This document shows positions 9,402 to 18,136 of a stretch of DNA of 37,558 bases, in pieces (the first letter of the stretch is position 1; each line of letters starts with the position of its first letter). The DNA is taken from positions 1-37,558 of the IMG/VR virus record IMGVR_UViG_3300023220_001050; one strand, written 5' to 3'. The position numbers and the translations under genes were made by a program. Under the pieces are notes generated by a model. It had not been told where the DNA came from, searched no databases, and worked only from the letters and a program-made list of their open reading frames with translations. The DNA is from a virus (lineage: Duplodnaviria > Caudoviricetes).

Positions 9402-9561
9402 TTTGGAACCCTCCTGCGATAAGGAAATCGCCATTACTCTTTCTAATCTTGAACTGGATAACACCACCAAACGTGGCGATTATGAACGTACCATCATCCG
9501 ATACCATAAAAGCATTCCCTGCTCCCATCCCTCCAGGGTTCTGCCCATCGATCCTCGTCAT
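9385..9561 (-). CDS. Hypothetical 58-aa protein (not in ORF track)
   Basis: MTRIDGQNPGGMGAGNAFMVSDDGTFIIATFGGVIQFKIRKSNGDFLIAGGFQSDQTL; fills the gap between coupled genes. Confidence 0.6.
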   Translation of the reverse strand: MTRIDGQNPGGMGAGNAFMVSDDGTFIIATFGGVIQFKIRKSNGDFLIAGGFQSDQTL

Positions 9562-9562
9562 C

Positions 9563-9853
9563 CTAATCCCTCACTCCGATGACCTGCACGTTAGGCGAGC
9601 CACCAGGAGCATAAATAGAAACGCTACCTATCCGTAGATCGAAAGCCCGAAAGCTGTTATTCGGAACAAAAAAGCTATTCCCGCTCACCGCCGAACCAGC
9701 AGCGCCAGCGAAATTCGCATATATACCAGGACTCCCAAGGTTGTCGATAAGGACAGCCTCCATCCGGTTAGCAAAACTGTAAAAGCTCGCAGGACTACCC
9801 GCGTCACGCCTAACGATTTCGCTCGTCTCGTATCCTCTAATGTTCTCTCCCAT
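9563..9853 (-). CDS. Small beta-sandwich virion protein
   Basis: 96 aa, 'VLIDNLGSPGIYANF' similar in pattern to 2358..2660. Confidence 0.55.
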   Translation of the reverse strand: MGENIRGYETSEIVRRDAGSPASFYSFANRMEAVLIDNLGSPGIYANFAGAAGSAVSGNSFFVPNNSFRAFDLRIGSVSIYAPGGSPNVQVIGVRD

Positions 9854-10224
9854 CAGACATCACCCCTCTTACCAAGATGCTCACTGAACGTCTCGAAAAC
9901 GAGCTCTATAGCCACCGCCTTCCTCGCAGCACCCTTAATCTGAATAAGTAACTGATGATCTATAACGTACTCAACAAAACTGTAATTGATCCGCTCACCT
10001 TTCCAATCCACAGCCTGAGCCCGCAAAGCCCAATACTGGTTAAGCGGCTTCACCCTCTTCTGACAGATAACGCTAGAGCCCTCCCTACCAAGAGCGATCG
10101 TTAGTTCCAACTCCACATCGGATATTACCCGTATCGCCAGTAATTTACCTGTGATCTTGCTCGTTAACGTGGATGCGGCGCCAGGCCCGGTATCCATCTC
10201 CACTCTTACAGTTTTTATACTCAT
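9853..10224 (-). CDS. Small beta-rich virion protein
   Basis: 123 aa; 'ITGKLLAIRV' resembles 'VNGEILKVEV' of 684..1049. Confidence 0.5.
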   Translation of the reverse strand: MSIKTVRVEMDTGPGAASTLTSKITGKLLAIRVISDVELELTIALGREGSSVICQKRVKPLNQYWALRAQAVDWKGERINYSFVEYVIDHQLLIQIKGAARKAVAIELVFETFSEHLGKRGDV

Positions 10225-10231
10225 CTTTTCC

Positions 10232-10546
10232 TCACCTGAACTCCATAAATTTTATTCTTGATCTCTGCCTATATAATGGTTTCTTTTTCCCTCTGTCCGT
10301 CACGCCATCGAAATCGGCACCCTCAATCCCTGCCCGGGTACCGTCAAGCTCGTTCTGCGTGCCCATAAACATGACCTCCCCCTTGCTCTTCGTCCCGCTA
10401 CCGTCGAAGTCCGTGAATGCGCCGATGAACAGCACATCTTCCTGGTCCAAAGTAGTATCGCCCGAAACGCACCTGTGTAGGATGTCGTTGTTGTGAAGAC
10501 TATAAACTACTCGGTCTTGGCATAATGGACAGATCTTAATGGGCAC
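10232..10546 (-). CDS. Hypothetical protein with N-terminal CxxC...HxC zinc motif
   Basis: 104 aa, CPLC...HRC. Confidence 0.55.
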   Translation of the reverse strand: MPIKICPLCQDRVVYSLHNNDILHRCVSGDTTLDQEDVLFIGAFTDFDGSGTKSKGEVMFMGTQNELDGTRAGIEGADFDGVTDRGKKKPLYRQRSRIKFMEFR

Positions 10547-10700
10547 GTTGCATCGCCTCCAACACGGTCTTCTGCGCGGCGCTGTGCAGCTTCATCACGC
10601 ACTTACCGCAATAAAACAGGCCAGTGACCATAACCCACCCAGCGTCATCGCACTTCGGATTAGCGCAAGCCGGCTTCTCATGAATACTCTTACGAAACAT
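10536..10700 (-). CDS. Small zinc-finger protein, 54 aa (not in ORF track)
   Basis: MFRKSIHEKPACANPKCDDAGWVMVTGLFYCGKCVMK...; abuts the MuF stop. Confidence 0.6.
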   Translation of the reverse strand: MFRKSIHEKPACANPKCDDAGWVMVTGLFYCGKCVMKLHSAAQKTVLEAMQRAH

Positions 10701-11345
10701 TTATAGGGCCTCCAACTCCGGCACGACCGGAGCAATAGTACATCTACAATTAGGATGAGCGGGAGGAACCACGCCTCTGCCGACCTCGAACACTTGACCA
10801 TTAAGATCGAGGCAGATATCGTCAGTTCTGCTACTCACGGTGGAGACCCAGCTATACTCAGTCACACCACCCTTACGGTAATTGATCTCGGCACCCCTAG
10901 CGGCGATCCTGGTGATCTCGCTACGGGCGACCATGACGCTTCTTGGCTCTTCTTTCATCTTCACTACTTTCTTATCATCTTTAAACTTGAACAGGTCACC
11001 GAGCCCTACTTCGTCACGTAGACGGGCGGCGATGTCGCGGATACTCTCGCCTTTGTTGAACGCTTCTTTGAGCGTGTTCTTCAACGTGTCTATTTGGTTT
11101 GCGGTGAGCTTACCGAGCTGCGCTTCTTGAGCGGTCTGAGCAGCTAACTGGGAGAACTTGTCTTTATCGATAGCCTTGTCGATGTCTCTAAGGAATTCCT
11201 GGTAGTTGAAACCGAGCCATTCCGTGACGGTTATGTCTACGACCTCGTTAACGACACCGCACAGGCCGCACTGGTACCGGGCAAAGGCGGACTTCTGGTG
11301 GGCTTGCCCGATCTTACCGCAAGTGCCGCATTTCATGATAGTCAT
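10701..11345 (-). CDS. SPP1 gp7/MuF-like minor head morphogenesis protein
   Basis: 'VARSEITR', 'RTDDICLDLNGQVF', 'PPAHPNCRC'; N-terminal Zn ribbon; follows the portal. Confidence 0.88.
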   Translation of the reverse strand: MTIMKCGTCGKIGQAHQKSAFARYQCGLCGVVNEVVDITVTEWLGFNYQEFLRDIDKAIDKDKFSQLAAQTAQEAQLGKLTANQIDTLKNTLKEAFNKGESIRDIAARLRDEVGLGDLFKFKDDKKVVKMKEEPRSVMVARSEITRIAARGAEINYRKGGVTEYSWVSTVSSRTDDICLDLNGQVFEVGRGVVPPAHPNCRCTIAPVVPELEAL

Positions 11346-12670
11346 AGGGATATCACCTTGCCAACCACGAATTCCCCGTTCTGTCCTGGGACGATGGGTT
11401 GTGGTTGTTCTTCTTCTCTCTCCCTCTCCTGCTGTGCGCTTTCTACATCTTCTTGATCTATATCTAAGAGTTCGGCTACTTGTAATTCGAGCTGTGAGCG
11501 TAGCCCCTCACTAAGGAATGGGCTCTTGAGTAGTTCGGTCAACTTTGCTAGGCGTTCATTAGTAGCTTCCAATGAGGGCTGACCCCATTCGAACTCGACA
11601 TCCGCATCTAGGCCATTAGCCTGCAACACCCTGCCAAAGATCTTGTTCTCGATAACTTTCTCTACTTCTACCTGGATGCTTTTGATCATTCTCTCGAACG
11701 CGTCCATCTGCACAGGCGCGGTAGCCAGGTTGACCGATCTGCCCATGAGGACTTCCGGTATCTGGAATGTGAAAAACAACATCTCAAGGTCGTGGTTCAA
11801 GATGAACTCGAAACTGTTCTCGGCAAGCTTACCAAAGTTTAACGCTTCGACTTTGGTATCCGCGGAGAACACCCACTCAGTCTTCGCATTCATGAATTGT
11901 AATTTGTTACCTATTGCCTCGACGTCCTGAGCGGTAGGCATGATATCCTTGTCCAGATCGCCAACCGTCACGATGATAGGGGCGTTAGCCTTGCGCTTCA
12001 CGATGGAGTGCATGTCTTTCTCGGTCTGTAAGATGTTATCGATGATTTTGAGTGCTGGGAAGAGCATACCCCAACCGTAAGGGCTATCCCCAACCAACTT
12101 GAGTGGTAGGTGTGCTACTTCGAATGGTTTGAACTGGATGACTTTGCTTTGGACGAACGTGTTGGTATCTCCAACGAACTGGTTAAACCCCTCGATCAGT
12201 CCCTTGTTGTTCTGTTTGATGAACATGTTCGTGGCGTTGAGCACCTTGATGCCTTGAGGTACTTCTTCCTGCTTACCACCTAATTCGAGGAAACCAGTTC
12301 CCTTAATCAACGCCTCACGCAACCACTTACGACCAACACTCGAGAACTCCACATCCTCCATCCAGTTATCGATAAGCTCCTTAGCCCTCGCATCCTTAGA
12401 AACGGTAAAGAACCCAGGACCCCAAACGAAATCGACGATCTTATCAACAGCCCCTGTGACGAGACCGAAGTTTAGGTATATCCCTTCCGTGGTTTTGAAG
12501 TTGAACGGGTGTACTTCGCCGAGCTCTTCTGGGAAGCGTAGCTCGTTCTGTACTACTTCCCCCTTTAATCTGAGCTGTTCCTTAATGGAGTTTTTTGGGT
12601 CTGAGAATACGTGGAATACCGGTTTGACTACCTCTTTACTTGGTTGTCTGAACCAGTCTGTAAATGCCAT
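11342..12670 (-). CDS. Portal protein
   Basis: 442 aa between TerL and MuF; 'LREALIKGTGFLE', 'SPYGWGML', 'FQIPEVLMG'. Confidence 0.88.
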   Translation of the reverse strand: MAFTDWFRQPSKEVVKPVFHVFSDPKNSIKEQLRLKGEVVQNELRFPEELGEVHPFNFKTTEGIYLNFGLVTGAVDKIVDFVWGPGFFTVSKDARAKELIDNWMEDVEFSSVGRKWLREALIKGTGFLELGGKQEEVPQGIKVLNATNMFIKQNNKGLIEGFNQFVGDTNTFVQSKVIQFKPFEVAHLPLKLVGDSPYGWGMLFPALKIIDNILQTEKDMHSIVKRKANAPIIVTVGDLDKDIMPTAQDVEAIGNKLQFMNAKTEWVFSADTKVEALNFGKLAENSFEFILNHDLEMLFFTFQIPEVLMGRSVNLATAPVQMDAFERMIKSIQVEVEKVIENKIFGRVLQANGLDADVEFEWGQPSLEATNERLAKLTELLKSPFLSEGLRSQLELQVAELLDIDQEDVESAQQEREREEEQPQPIVPGQNGEFVVGKVISL

Positions 12671-12736
12671 GAAAATAAAGCCAGTAAATTAGTCTGGATA
12701 TCGCCTACTGCTAAGATTATTGAAGTAATGAATACC

Positions 12737-12769
12737 TGTATTTATATCCATCGACAAATTATATAATCA
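12737..12769 (-). promoter_or_regulatory. Putative late promoter, second copy
   Basis: Minus strand TGATTATATAATTTGTCGATGGATATAAATACA upstream of the portal. Confidence 0.7.
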
Positions 12770-14068
12770 ACCAACGTAAAACACACCACGCCGAGTCGGT
12801 TTGAAGAACAAGGCAGCTAAGCCAAGTGCGTCAGGCAAGTCATCATGCCCTCTTGCCGAGTGGTGGATCTTCATCTTCTTACTGCCTGCGATTCGTTCGT
12901 AGCGCAGGTCCATCATCTGGTAGAGGAGCTTCTTGTTATCGGGAAGTTTAAGTTGCCCCTTCTCAAGCAACAACTTAAGATTGCTAAACATATCCATCTT
13001 GCTATTGATCGTGAACGTCACACCCTCAACCACCGCAGGTAATAGCGAGCGCAACATGTCCACCACCCCCACACCGATACCCGTATAATCACAATAGATC
13101 TTACTAAACTTCATCTTGGCGTTAAGCCAACGAACGATCTCGATAGTCTTCGTCTGATTCATCTTCTTCAAAGTCTTAGCAAACACGACATTCAAATCTG
13201 TCGACCCGAACGGCGGCTTCTCCAGGATTACCAGGGCTGTCTCATCAGCACCCATAGCAGCGAAATCGACACCCAAAACGAGCTTGCTCTTAGGATGATC
13301 CAACCTAAACCTGTACCCATCCTGTATCTCGCTAAAGAAATCCTTGTTAGTAACCGCTCTCTTAAGCATGGCGTGCTCGAAATACGCGTCCTCATCAGCA
13401 ATAAACTCCGCCTCATACTCGGTACGGAACTCCATATCGACACTTTCCTCACGTTGCTCATCGATAAACTCTTGAGTAAACAAACCTACTTTAACACCCT
13501 CCCTCCACGTATTATGATGCACAACCCACAGTTTGGTATTTCTATAACTTCTATGGAAATGATTCATACCATATGGTGTAGATATCTTAATGATTCTTCC
13601 TTGTGTAGCTGCGACCATTGGTGCTAGAACTCTGTTATGTATTTCGTCTTTGATATAAGCTGCTTCTTCTTCTATTAACACATTTGCTGTGAGGCCACGG
13701 ATGTTGTCACCCCTGTCTCCTGTGGGGTATGCGCTGATACGAGTACCGTTCTTCAGGACGACTTCTCTCATCGTTCTATTAACTACTTCAGAAGCTAATG
13801 GAGAGTTTATGATGAAGTCCGATATCTTTTTGAAAAGCTCTCCTGCTTGTCTGTCTGTATGGGAAACGATCACTATTCTTCCGTTCTTTAACCGCATGGC
13901 TTCAAGGCATGCATAGATAGAAAGAGTCATGCTCTTACCAGTCTGCCTACACCAAGCACCCAACACTCTAGGGTGGTTCAGGCAATCATAAAGGAACTTT
14001 TCTTGGAACTTGTAAAGCTCAATCCCGAATATCCCTTTCACTAGTTTCTTCAGACTGTACTTCGGCAT
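12767..14068 (-). CDS. terL: Terminase large subunit
   Basis: Walker A 'CRQTGKS', Walker B-like 'LIEEEAAYI', 'ISTPYG', nuclease 'GVDFA...DET' and 'HDDLPDAL'. Confidence 0.93.
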   Translation of the reverse strand: MPKYSLKKLVKGIFGIELYKFQEKFLYDCLNHPRVLGAWCRQTGKSMTLSIYACLEAMRLKNGRIVIVSHTDRQAGELFKKISDFIINSPLASEVVNRTMREVVLKNGTRISAYPTGDRGDNIRGLTANVLIEEEAAYIKDEIHNRVLAPMVAATQGRIIKISTPYGMNHFHRSYRNTKLWVVHHNTWREGVKVGLFTQEFIDEQREESVDMEFRTEYEAEFIADEDAYFEHAMLKRAVTNKDFFSEIQDGYRFRLDHPKSKLVLGVDFAAMGADETALVILEKPPFGSTDLNVVFAKTLKKMNQTKTIEIVRWLNAKMKFSKIYCDYTGIGVGVVDMLRSLLPAVVEGVTFTINSKMDMFSNLKLLLEKGQLKLPDNKKLLYQMMDLRYERIAGSKKMKIHHSARGHDDLPDALGLAALFFKPTRRGVFYVG

Positions 14069-14426
14069 CTTTCAATATATCTCCCCAGTTCAGGACATGG
14101 TGAACCATCTCACCAGTTATGTGCTTCTTCTCCCCATGATGCGCCTTATGCAAGTTGATAGAAGTATTGATCAAAGCGACACGTTGAGAAGGATGAACGC
14201 TCTCCTTGACCTCATCAATCCATTTCTGTAATTCAAGAATGTTAGCCTCTGGATCTTCAAGCCGCTTCACAAACCAATCAATATCAGCCGATTTTAGGCC
14301 CCGTTTCTTCATTTCGCGCAATTTTGCAGCGTATTTCTTCTTTAAAGACTTAACTCTGCCGCCTTTACTTCCTAGTTCCTTAGCTCGTGCAGTGCTGCTG
14401 ATTGGGATAAGATCTTTTTGTGCCAC
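14019..14426 (-). CDS. Putative terminase small subunit
   Basis: 135 aa directly upstream of TerL; 'ARAKELGSKGG' KGG-type motif. Confidence 0.6.
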   Translation of the reverse strand: MAQKDLIPISSTARAKELGSKGGRVKSLKKKYAAKLREMKKRGLKSADIDWFVKRLEDPEANILELQKWIDEVKESVHPSQRVALINTSINLHKAHHGEKKHITGEMVHHVLNWGDILKDAEVQSEETSERDIRD

Positions 14427-14427
14427 A

Positions 14428-14874
14428 TCATTTCTTTTTACTTAGTCCTCGCTGTATGGGGTTGAGTCTGACTTGGACGGAGATGCGGTGCTGTCTCGGT
14501 TTGCATCGGTAGTGTTTGTATTCGCTGAGTACGACTGGTACTTTGATGCCGTCGAGTATTTTTGTTTCTCTTATTTCTTGTGTGTCTTCAAGATGGAAGT
14601 ATGTTGGGTGTCCGTATTTGTCTGTGTCGAAGTCTTTGATTGGTAGGTGGTCTGGTCCTAGTTTGTGTGGTTTGCGGTGGTTTACGTTTTTTTGTTGTTC
14701 TTCGAAGTCTGATTTGGCGCAGGTGAAACAGTATGGTTTGTGTTTTTTGGTGTATTCGCTTTGGATCTTTGATATTTTTCTGCGGTGTAGTTCTCTTGGT
14801 GTGTGGTGTCCGTAGAGGAGGTCTTTGGTGTCTTCGTGTTTTGGGTCTATTTTTTTGAGTACGCTTGCTTCCAT
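14428..14874 (-). CDS. Hypothetical protein with CxxC...CxxxxH motif
   Basis: 148 aa with GGAGG RBS. Confidence 0.6.
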   Translation of the reverse strand: MEASVLKKIDPKHEDTKDLLYGHHTPRELHRRKISKIQSEYTKKHKPYCFTCAKSDFEEQQKNVNHRKPHKLGPDHLPIKDFDTDKYGHPTYFHLEDTQEIRETKILDGIKVPVVLSEYKHYRCKPRQHRISVQVRLNPIQRGLSKKK

Positions 14875-14880
14875 TTTGTT

Positions 14881-15156
14881 TTAGTCCTCCTTTTGTGGTA
14901 CGCCGTGTCGTATTTGTTGTTCGGCGGTGTTTATTTGTAGTTGTATCGTTCTTATTTCTGTTTCTAGTCGTTTGCGTTTTTGTTCGTTTTCTCGTATTTG
15001 TTTGGCTAGGTTTGCGTGTAGTCCGCCTTGTATGAGGAGGTTTGTGTAGTCGAGGTCTAGTTTGGCTAGTTGTTTTTCTGTTTGTAGGTGTTTGATGTTT
15101 TTGTGTGTGAAGTGTTTTTCTTCTTGGGTTAGTTCTCTGTGGGTTGTTTCCGTCAT
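14881..15156 (-). CDS. Coiled-coil hypothetical protein
   Basis: 91 aa with heptad pattern. Confidence 0.6.
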   Translation of the reverse strand: MTETTHRELTQEEKHFTHKNIKHLQTEKQLAKLDLDYTNLLIQGGLHANLAKQIRENEQKRKRLETEIRTIQLQINTAEQQIRHGVPQKED

Positions 15157-15189
15157 GTTTATATAGGGTTGTTTGTGGGGTTTTTATGT

Positions 15190-15351
15190 TTATCGGTGTT
15201 TGGGGCAATACTTCGCGTACAATCTCTGCGCTGTGAAGAACTTTAAGCAGGCGAGGCATTTGACGCGGTGTTTGATGTATTTGCCTTCTTCGTTTTTTGG
15301 TATGGGTGAGAGGCTGAGCCGGCTCGGTATTTTTGGTTTGAATTCTTTCAT
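15190..15351 (-). CDS. Small zinc-finger protein, 53 aa (not in ORF track)
   Basis: ...KCLACLKFFTAQRLYAKYCPKHR; ATGA overlap with 15348..15584. Confidence 0.55.
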   Translation of the reverse strand: MKEFKPKIPSRLSLSPIPKNEEGKYIKHRVKCLACLKFFTAQRLYAKYCPKHR

Positions 15352-15584
15352 TTTTGTGCTCCTTGGGTGAGTACGCCCTCTTCTATGAGTAGTTGTCTCA
15401 GGTCTTGGAGTACGGGGTTGTGTTGTTTAAGAAACGTCGCTTTACTGTGTTTCTCCATCAGATCATACTTCTGGCCTAGTAACTCCATGGCTATGGCTGC
15501 GCGCACTCCTTTGTCTGTTATGCCTAGTGTGGTGAGTACTTGGTCTGCTTCTTCCGCTTTTTTGACTATTTCCGTTTTGAACAT
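15348..15584 (-). CDS. Hypothetical protein
   Basis: 78 aa, GGAGG RBS. Confidence 0.6.
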   Translation of the reverse strand: MFKTEIVKKAEEADQVLTTLGITDKGVRAAIAMELLGQKYDLMEKHSKATFLKQHNPVLQDLRQLLIEEGVLTQGAQK

Positions 15585-15618
15585 TTATAATCGCCTCCGA
15601 TTTTATAATGGGTTATAT

Positions 15619-15636
15619 AAAAAAAAAAGAAAAAAA
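15619..15636 (-). terminator. Oligo-T terminator after the replication operon
   Basis: Long A runs on plus = T runs on minus just after the stop at 15647. Confidence 0.55.
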
Positions 15637-15646
15637 TATAAAGAGT

Positions 15647-15988
15647 TTATAACTCCTTAATACTGTAGACAGTGTCTTTACCACTACCGGTCCTAAGCAC
15701 TTGGACATGGATCGTCTCCTTGCCTTCTTTCTCGGCTTTCTCCACAATAGGTCTTAGCTTAGAAAGCGCTTTTATAGAAGTCACAGTCCAAGTCTTCGGA
15801 TTTTCCATAACTAATCCATCCTCTTGAACAACGGTAAATTCCACTCCTTGCTTCACAGAATCAGACCCTTCTTCTTTAAACTTCGTTTGCGGTACCCAAT
15901 CCTTCAGTACTAATTCTTTTGCTGTGTCGTTCGTTAGTTTCACATACGGACTACCAGCAAATATTTTGTTCCAATCTATTTTTTCCAT
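15647..15988 (-). CDS. Putative single-stranded DNA-binding protein (OB-fold, gp32-like)
   Basis: 'YVKL' near the N-terminus and 'RTGSGKDTVYSI' at the C-terminus are typical of phage SSBs; start at 15988 after GGAGG. Confidence 0.55.
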   Translation of the reverse strand: MEKIDWNKIFAGSPYVKLTNDTAKELVLKDWVPQTKFKEEGSDSVKQGVEFTVVQEDGLVMENPKTWTVTSIKALSKLRPIVEKAEKEGKETIHVQVLRTGSGKDTVYSIKEL

Positions 15989-16110
15989 TTTCGGTTCCTC
16001 CAATGTTCTACTCCAATACGGCTAAGCTTATGATGGGCTCTGCCGCATTGGTTGCAGTAGTATGATCCTGGGGTTCGTGTTCCTCCCCACATGTATCCTT
16101 CTTTCTTCAT
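15976..16110 (-). CDS. Small zinc-finger protein, 44 aa (not in ORF track)
   Basis: ...YYCNQCGRAHHKLSRIGVEH...; ATGA-coupled. Confidence 0.5.
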   Translation of the reverse strand: MKKEGYMWGGTRTPGSYYCNQCGRAHHKLSRIGVEHWRNRKWKK

Positions 16111-16262
16111 TTCTTTATGTATTTTCCTCTTTCTTTTTTTACTATTAGATCTGCTATTCGGTCGATGAATGTGTCCTCGTCTCCGGGTTTGTACGGGCCT
16201 CTTTTTCTGAGGTTGAGATCCAGGAATTTTGGGACGTGCCAGGTGAACTTTATTCGTTTCAT
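16107..16262 (-). CDS. Stand-alone GINS B-domain (Gins51 C-terminal)-like protein, 51 aa (not in ORF track)
   Basis: MKRIKFTWHVPKFLDLNLRKRGPYKPGDEDTFIDRIADLIVKKERGKYIKK matches the V.F...VP.F...D...YGPF..GD......A..L...G pattern; ATGA overlap with the helicase stop. Confidence 0.65.
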   Translation of the reverse strand: MKRIKFTWHVPKFLDLNLRKRGPYKPGDEDTFIDRIADLIVKKERGKYIKK

Positions 16263-18136
16263 GTGTTGATCCTCACGTAGCCTGGTTTTGGGGTGATGAT
16301 GTCGCCACTTCTTTCTAGGTGGTATAGTTCTTGGTCTAGTTCTTCGTCTGGAATGGAGAGGGCTTGTTCTAGGTGGGTGATGTCTGTTTCTGTGTTGGTT
16401 GCTTGGAGTAGTTGGATTATGATTTCTCCAGTGAAAATAGAGGTACCTTGGTTGGCATGGGTTTTTTTCCTATCCTTTATACTATTTCCTTCTTTTTCTT
16501 CCCTAGAGAGAGAAGGGGAAAAAACTAAGACATCCCTGTCACTAGTATTTAAGACTAACCCTCTCCATGCGTTTTTACGCATTCCATCCTTTGTCACCCT
16601 ACCCTCCTTAATCCTCACATCCATCACTCTTTTCAATCCCCTGCCAAAACTATTATCCTGCACGGCAGGCAAATCATTACTCCTACAGTAATCAAGATAC
16701 GCATCATATACATCTTCTTTAGCAGTAATCACCAAAGGATTAAAACCACAATGGTCTTCCGCGAAAGCCATGATCGGATCGCTCATCCTCAGATAAGTCC
16801 TCTTCACTTCCTGCGTGCTTTTACTGCTACTAAACTTGTTTTGTTTGAGGAGCTGATTTAGGCCTTCTATTGCCCAATTGAGGAATCCTGGCATTTCTTC
16901 TTGAAGTTCATCTAAAAGATTGAAGTTTTCTTTTCCTTCAAAATTGTTAGGGAATGGAACTATAATCCATCTTCTGAACAGCCCCGGGCTCACATCTTTG
17001 ACCTTAGGAAGATTATTAGCTGAGAACATCATCTTCGCATAGTTGGTGAACTTGAAAGGGTGTTGGTTTTTTCTTTCGGCTTGGACTAAATCCCCTCCTG
17101 TCACCATTTTAAAGCGGGCGCTGTCTTCTAACACTTTTGGTGAGAGGTCTGGGTAGATGTTGACCATCTTTTCGTGTAGTTCGCTTGTCGCGAACCTGTT
17201 GGTTTCGAGGTCTTGGAGGCTTATGCTGCAGACGTTGTCTATTCCTACTAGTGTTTTGATCAGGTTAAGGAATACACTTTTGCCATTCGCTCCGCCGCCA
17301 TAAAGCATGAGGGCTTTGTGGTATTTGTAGTTTCTTAGGAGTGTGTATCCTGTGTATTCTTGGATTATGGGTAGGTCTTCTGGTGTGACTATTTCTTTGA
17401 CGAATTTTTTGATTTTTGGGCAGTCTGCTTCTGGGTCGTATTCGAATGGTAGTTGGTTGAAGAAGAGGTGTTGTTGGTTGTGGGTTGTGAATTCTTTGGT
17501 TACTACGTTGAGGATTCCGTTTTTGAGGCAGACTAGTTCGGGTGCGGGTTTGTTTCTTTCGGCGTTTTTGTAGCTTCTGCATTTGACTGCGTTGATGATT
17601 TCTCTGCTGAGTCTGATGTTGGTTGTGGCTAGTATTTTGCTTGCTTCTTTTTTTATGTAGGCTTCTCCTAGTTTTTTGTAGGCTCCTTTTGTGTAGTAGT
17701 AGATTTCGTTTGTTTCTTCTAGGGTTATGATTTGGTGGATTTGTATGAGGTGTTTTGCGAGTGTGTTGATGGCTGTGGCGAAGTTCGGTTTTTGTTTGAG
17801 TTCTTTGTCTCCGTAGTATGTGTCTCTGATTTCTTCTTCTATTTGCCATTTTTCGGCGGTGCTCATTTTTTGGTTGAGGTTTTGGATTATTTGTATGTTT
17901 GTGGGGTTGTTTTGTTTTTTGAGTGTGTCTGTGGTGTCTTTTTGTGTGGCTATTTTTTGGGCTTCTTTGATGATTTGTTGTGCTTGTTGTGGGTGTTTTG
18001 TTTTGATTTGGTATCTGAGCCAGTCTTCGTCTATGGGCCATTGCTGGGTTTGTTGTTGGAAGGTTTCCGGGTCTATTTCTAGTGTTTGTCTAAGGCTTTC
18101 TAGTAGGGCGTTGTATGTCCTAGTTGAGGGTATCAT
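16259..18136 (-). CDS. P4/D5-family SF3 replicative helicase with C-terminal winged helix
   Basis: D5_N 'LKNGILN', Walker A 'GGGANGKS', 'FKMVTGGD', 'FSANNLP', 'FRRW'; start at 18136 preferred (ATGA overlap). Confidence 0.9.
   Translation of the reverse strand: MIPSTRTYNALLESLRQTLEIDPETFQQQTQQWPIDEDWLRYQIKTKHPQQAQQIIKEAQKIATQKDTTDTLKKQNNPTNIQIIQNLNQKMSTAEKWQIEEEIRDTYYGDKELKQKPNFATAINTLAKHLIQIHQIITLEETNEIYYYTKGAYKKLGEAYIKKEASKILATTNIRLSREIINAVKCRSYKNAERNKPAPELVCLKNGILNVVTKEFTTHNQQHLFFNQLPFEYDPEADCPKIKKFVKEIVTPEDLPIIQEYTGYTLLRNYKYHKALMLYGGGANGKSVFLNLIKTLVGIDNVCSISLQDLETNRFATSELHEKMVNIYPDLSPKVLEDSARFKMVTGGDLVQAERKNQHPFKFTNYAKMMFSANNLPKVKDVSPGLFRRWIIVPFPNNFEGKENFNLLDELQEEMPGFLNWAIEGLNQLLKQNKFSSSKSTQEVKRTYLRMSDPIMAFAEDHCGFNPLVITAKEDVYDAYLDYCRSNDLPAVQDNSFGRGLKRVMDVRIKEGRVTKDGMRKNAWRGLVLNTSDRDVLVFSPSLSREEKEGNSIKDRKKTHANQGTSIFTGEIIIQLLQATNTETDITHLEQALSIPDEELDQELYHLERSGDIITPKPGYVRINT

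Noticed and set aside
56-14815. Numerous plus-strand ORFs in the structural region
   Set aside because: Antisense shadows of recognisable minus-strand genes, with no motifs
14588-15259. 223-aa K/T/Q/R/P-rich minus-strand ORF
   Set aside because: Shadow frame: the T-poor strand lacks stop codons; it overlaps better ORFs that have RBSs
17265-18041. 258-aa low-complexity ORF
   Set aside because: Alternative frame inside the helicase gene, caused by the same skew
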